A stretch of 27,478 nt of DNA from a virus. Lineage: Duplodnaviria; Caudoviricetes. The notes under the pieces are model-generated. The model searched no databases and was not told the DNA's origin. It saw only the letters and a program-made list of their open reading frames with translations. The translations under genes and the position numbers were made by a program. Positions within the stretch are counted from its first letter, which is position 1; each line of letters begins with the position of its first letter. Positions 25,898-27,478 of this stretch are shown one piece after another. The DNA lies in IMG/VR virus record IMGVR_UViG_3300023174_000544, positions 1 through 27,478 of that record, one strand, 5' to 3'.

Positions 25898-26758
25898 ATG
25901 ATCAAGGCTGTAGGCGACAAATTCTATGTTTTAGATTCAACTGGTAAGAAAGTTCTTGGAAAACATTCTTCCAAGGAAAAAGCTGTTGCTCAATTGCAGG
26001 CGATTGAAATATCAAAGCATGAAAGAAATGAATCCAGATTAGTAAAGTTTTCTGATTTTCTTAGAGAAGAATTAAAAACTACACTTCAATATCACCAAGA
26101 ATTAAATCCGTTGATTTGGAATGGATTTGAATTAAAAGATGATGTACGAAAGAAATTAATTGAAATAGGCCAGACCTGGATTTCCTGGGCCAATATACCA
26201 GTTGAAGCAGTCAAGGACATGATTCTAGTTGGTGGAAATGCAAACTATAATTATACACCACAATCAGATATCGATCTTCATATTCTGGTGGATGTAGATG
26301 CCATTCCAAACTGTCCAGATTTTATAGATGATTATCTCAAAGATAAAAAACAACTTTGGTCATTGACACATGACATAAAAATTCATGGTAATGATGTTGA
26401 GATATATGCTCAAGATATGAATGATGGATTTCCAAAAGATCAAGGAGTATTCAGTTTAACTGATAACAGCTGGATTGCTGAACCTGTCAGTCAAGAAGTC
26501 AATCTTGAAAATCCACATATTACAAAGAAGGTTCAGGAATATATTGATCAGATTGATTCTTTGATTGCATCCAATGCAGAAGATGAATCATTCCAAAATC
26601 TCAAAGACAAGTTCAAAGATATGCGTTCCTCTGATATAAAGAAATACGGTGAGTTCTCACACGGAAACCTTATATTCAAAGAACTTCGCAATCTTGGTTA
26701 TCTTGATAAGATGAATGATTACATCAAGAGCAAACAAGATCAAAATTTGAGTCTTTAA
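25898..26758 (+). CDS. Pol-beta superfamily nucleotidyltransferase with a short basic N-terminal module
   Basis: ILVGGNANYNYTPQSDIDLHILVD (hG[GS]...DxD motif) and DVEIY third acidic residue; TAAATA at 25887-25892. Confidence 0.85.
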   Translation: MIKAVGDKFYVLDSTGKKVLGKHSSKEKAVAQLQAIEISKHERNESRLVKFSDFLREELKTTLQYHQELNPLIWNGFELKDDVRKKLIEIGQTWISWANIPVEAVKDMILVGGNANYNYTPQSDIDLHILVDVDAIPNCPDFIDDYLKDKKQLWSLTHDIKIHGNDVEIYAQDMNDGFPKDQGVFSLTDNSWIAEPVSQEVNLENPHITKKVQEYIDQIDSLIASNAEDESFQNLKDKFKDMRSSDIKKYGEFSHGNLIFKELRNLGYLDKMNDYIKSKQDQNLSL

Positions 26759-27018
26759 GTTCGTTCGACCATTTCAACCCAGTCCTGATGGATTACATGG
26801 TCTCCATTGTAACCATCCTTGATCTTGCCAACATCCCACCAAATGATATCTCCTACCTTGATATCTTCTGTAAGCTTGTTTCCAACAGAAAGAACCTTGG
26901 CAGGAATAATTCTTGACTTGGATTTTTCTTGAAAGATGATGCCGGCTGCAGTGGTCTTTTCACCACCAATTAATGCTTTTGCGACAATCCACTTACCGAT
27001 AGGTTTCATATTACTCAT
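26755..27018 (-). CDS. groES: GroES/Cpn10-like co-chaperonin
   Basis: MKPIGKWIV...EKTTAAGIIF (mobile loop)...AKVLSVG...IKVGDII. Confidence 0.85.
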   Translation of the reverse strand: MSNMKPIGKWIVAKALIGGEKTTAAGIIFQEKSKSRIIPAKVLSVGNKLTEDIKVGDIIWWDVGKIKDGYNGDHVIHQDWVEMVERT

Positions 27019-27019
27019 G

Positions 27020-27130
27020 TTATTTCTTTCTTGAATCACGAATCATACACCAAATGCCATAGCCGATTAACCAAAATCCAGCTATGGCTCCAACAGCACA
27101 TATAGACAATACTATAATTTTCTCAGTCAT
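27020..27130 (-). CDS. 36-aa single-pass membrane peptide (not in ORF track)
   Basis: MTEKIIVLSICAVGAIAGFWLIGYGIWCMIRDSRKK*; fills the gap between tRNA-Gln and groES exactly. Confidence 0.65.
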   Translation of the reverse strand: MTEKIIVLSICAVGAIAGFWLIGYGIWCMIRDSRKK

Positions 27131-27132
27131 AA

Positions 27133-27203
27133 TTCCTCAGATAGGATTCGAACCTATACAAAGAGATCCAAAGTCTCTGGTGCTACCATTACACTACCGA
27201 GGA
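27133..27203 (-). tRNA. tRNA-Gln (TTG)
   Basis: TCCTCGG/CTGAGGA acceptor stem, AGAGA-ctTTGga-TCTCT anticodon arm, ATAGG-TTCGAAT-CCTAT T arm; no CCA. Confidence 0.95.
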
Positions 27204-27476
27204 GTGAATTTTAGCGCAATAGTTATTCATAATAATTGAACTTGCGCAACCAACATTGATGCTTCTTACAGATCCATATTGCGGGATATACAAGACATCA
27301 TCACACATACTTAGCACATCCATAGGAACACCAATCTGTTCCTGGCCAAAGATCATAATATAATGCACATTTGGATCAAAGTCAAATGCATTTACGTCTT
27401 TGGCTTCAGGAATATTGTCTATTCCAATTAGTCTGATTGGTCCTGATTCTTGCTTGGATTCAAAATAAGATCCAAG
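27189..27476 (-). CDS. SpoU/TrmH-family (SPOUT) RNA methyltransferase, C-terminal part truncated by the window edge (not in ORF track)
   Basis: Manual translation ...IMIFGQEQIGVPMDVLSMCDDVLYIPQYGSVRSINVGCASSIIM... contains SpoU motifs 2 (FGxExxG) and 3 (IPxxGxxxSLNV). Confidence 0.88.
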   Translation of the reverse strand, partial: LGSYFESKQESGPIRLIGIDNIPEAKDVNAFDFDPNVHYIMIFGQEQIGVPMDVLSMCDDVLYIPQYGSVRSINVGCASSIIMNNYCAKIHSSVV

Positions 27477-27478
27477 AT

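Noticed and set aside
1-27478. Stop-codon reassignment
   Set aside because: Genes are long and tile the window under the standard code, and none of the tRNAs has a suppressor anticodon.

Overview
This is an AT-rich fragment of a large T4-like (myovirus-type) dsDNA phage genome, judged from its gene content, repeated TAAATA late-promoter boxes, tRNAs and GroES-like gene. Most + strand genes are preceded by TAAATA. They look like virion or internal-head proteins with (L/I/V)xE prohead-protease-like sites, and several carry enzyme domains (HNH, PD-(D/E)xK, Pol-beta nucleotidyltransferase). There is also a 1970-aa protein with two ~938-aa repeats, whose third repeat is split into the next ORF. 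The most striking element is a minus-strand RNA cluster at 14265-14929: tRNA-Gly, an unexplained pseudoknotted RNA, tRNA-Tyr and a circularly permuted (two-piece) tmRNA with tag ANQLAMAA*. Downstream is an operon containing a basic peptide and an RMF-like protein. At the right end a SpoU/TrmH RNA methyltransferase has its stop codon inside tRNA-Gln, followed by a membrane peptide and GroES. All family calls come from motif recognition by eye; no database searches were run.
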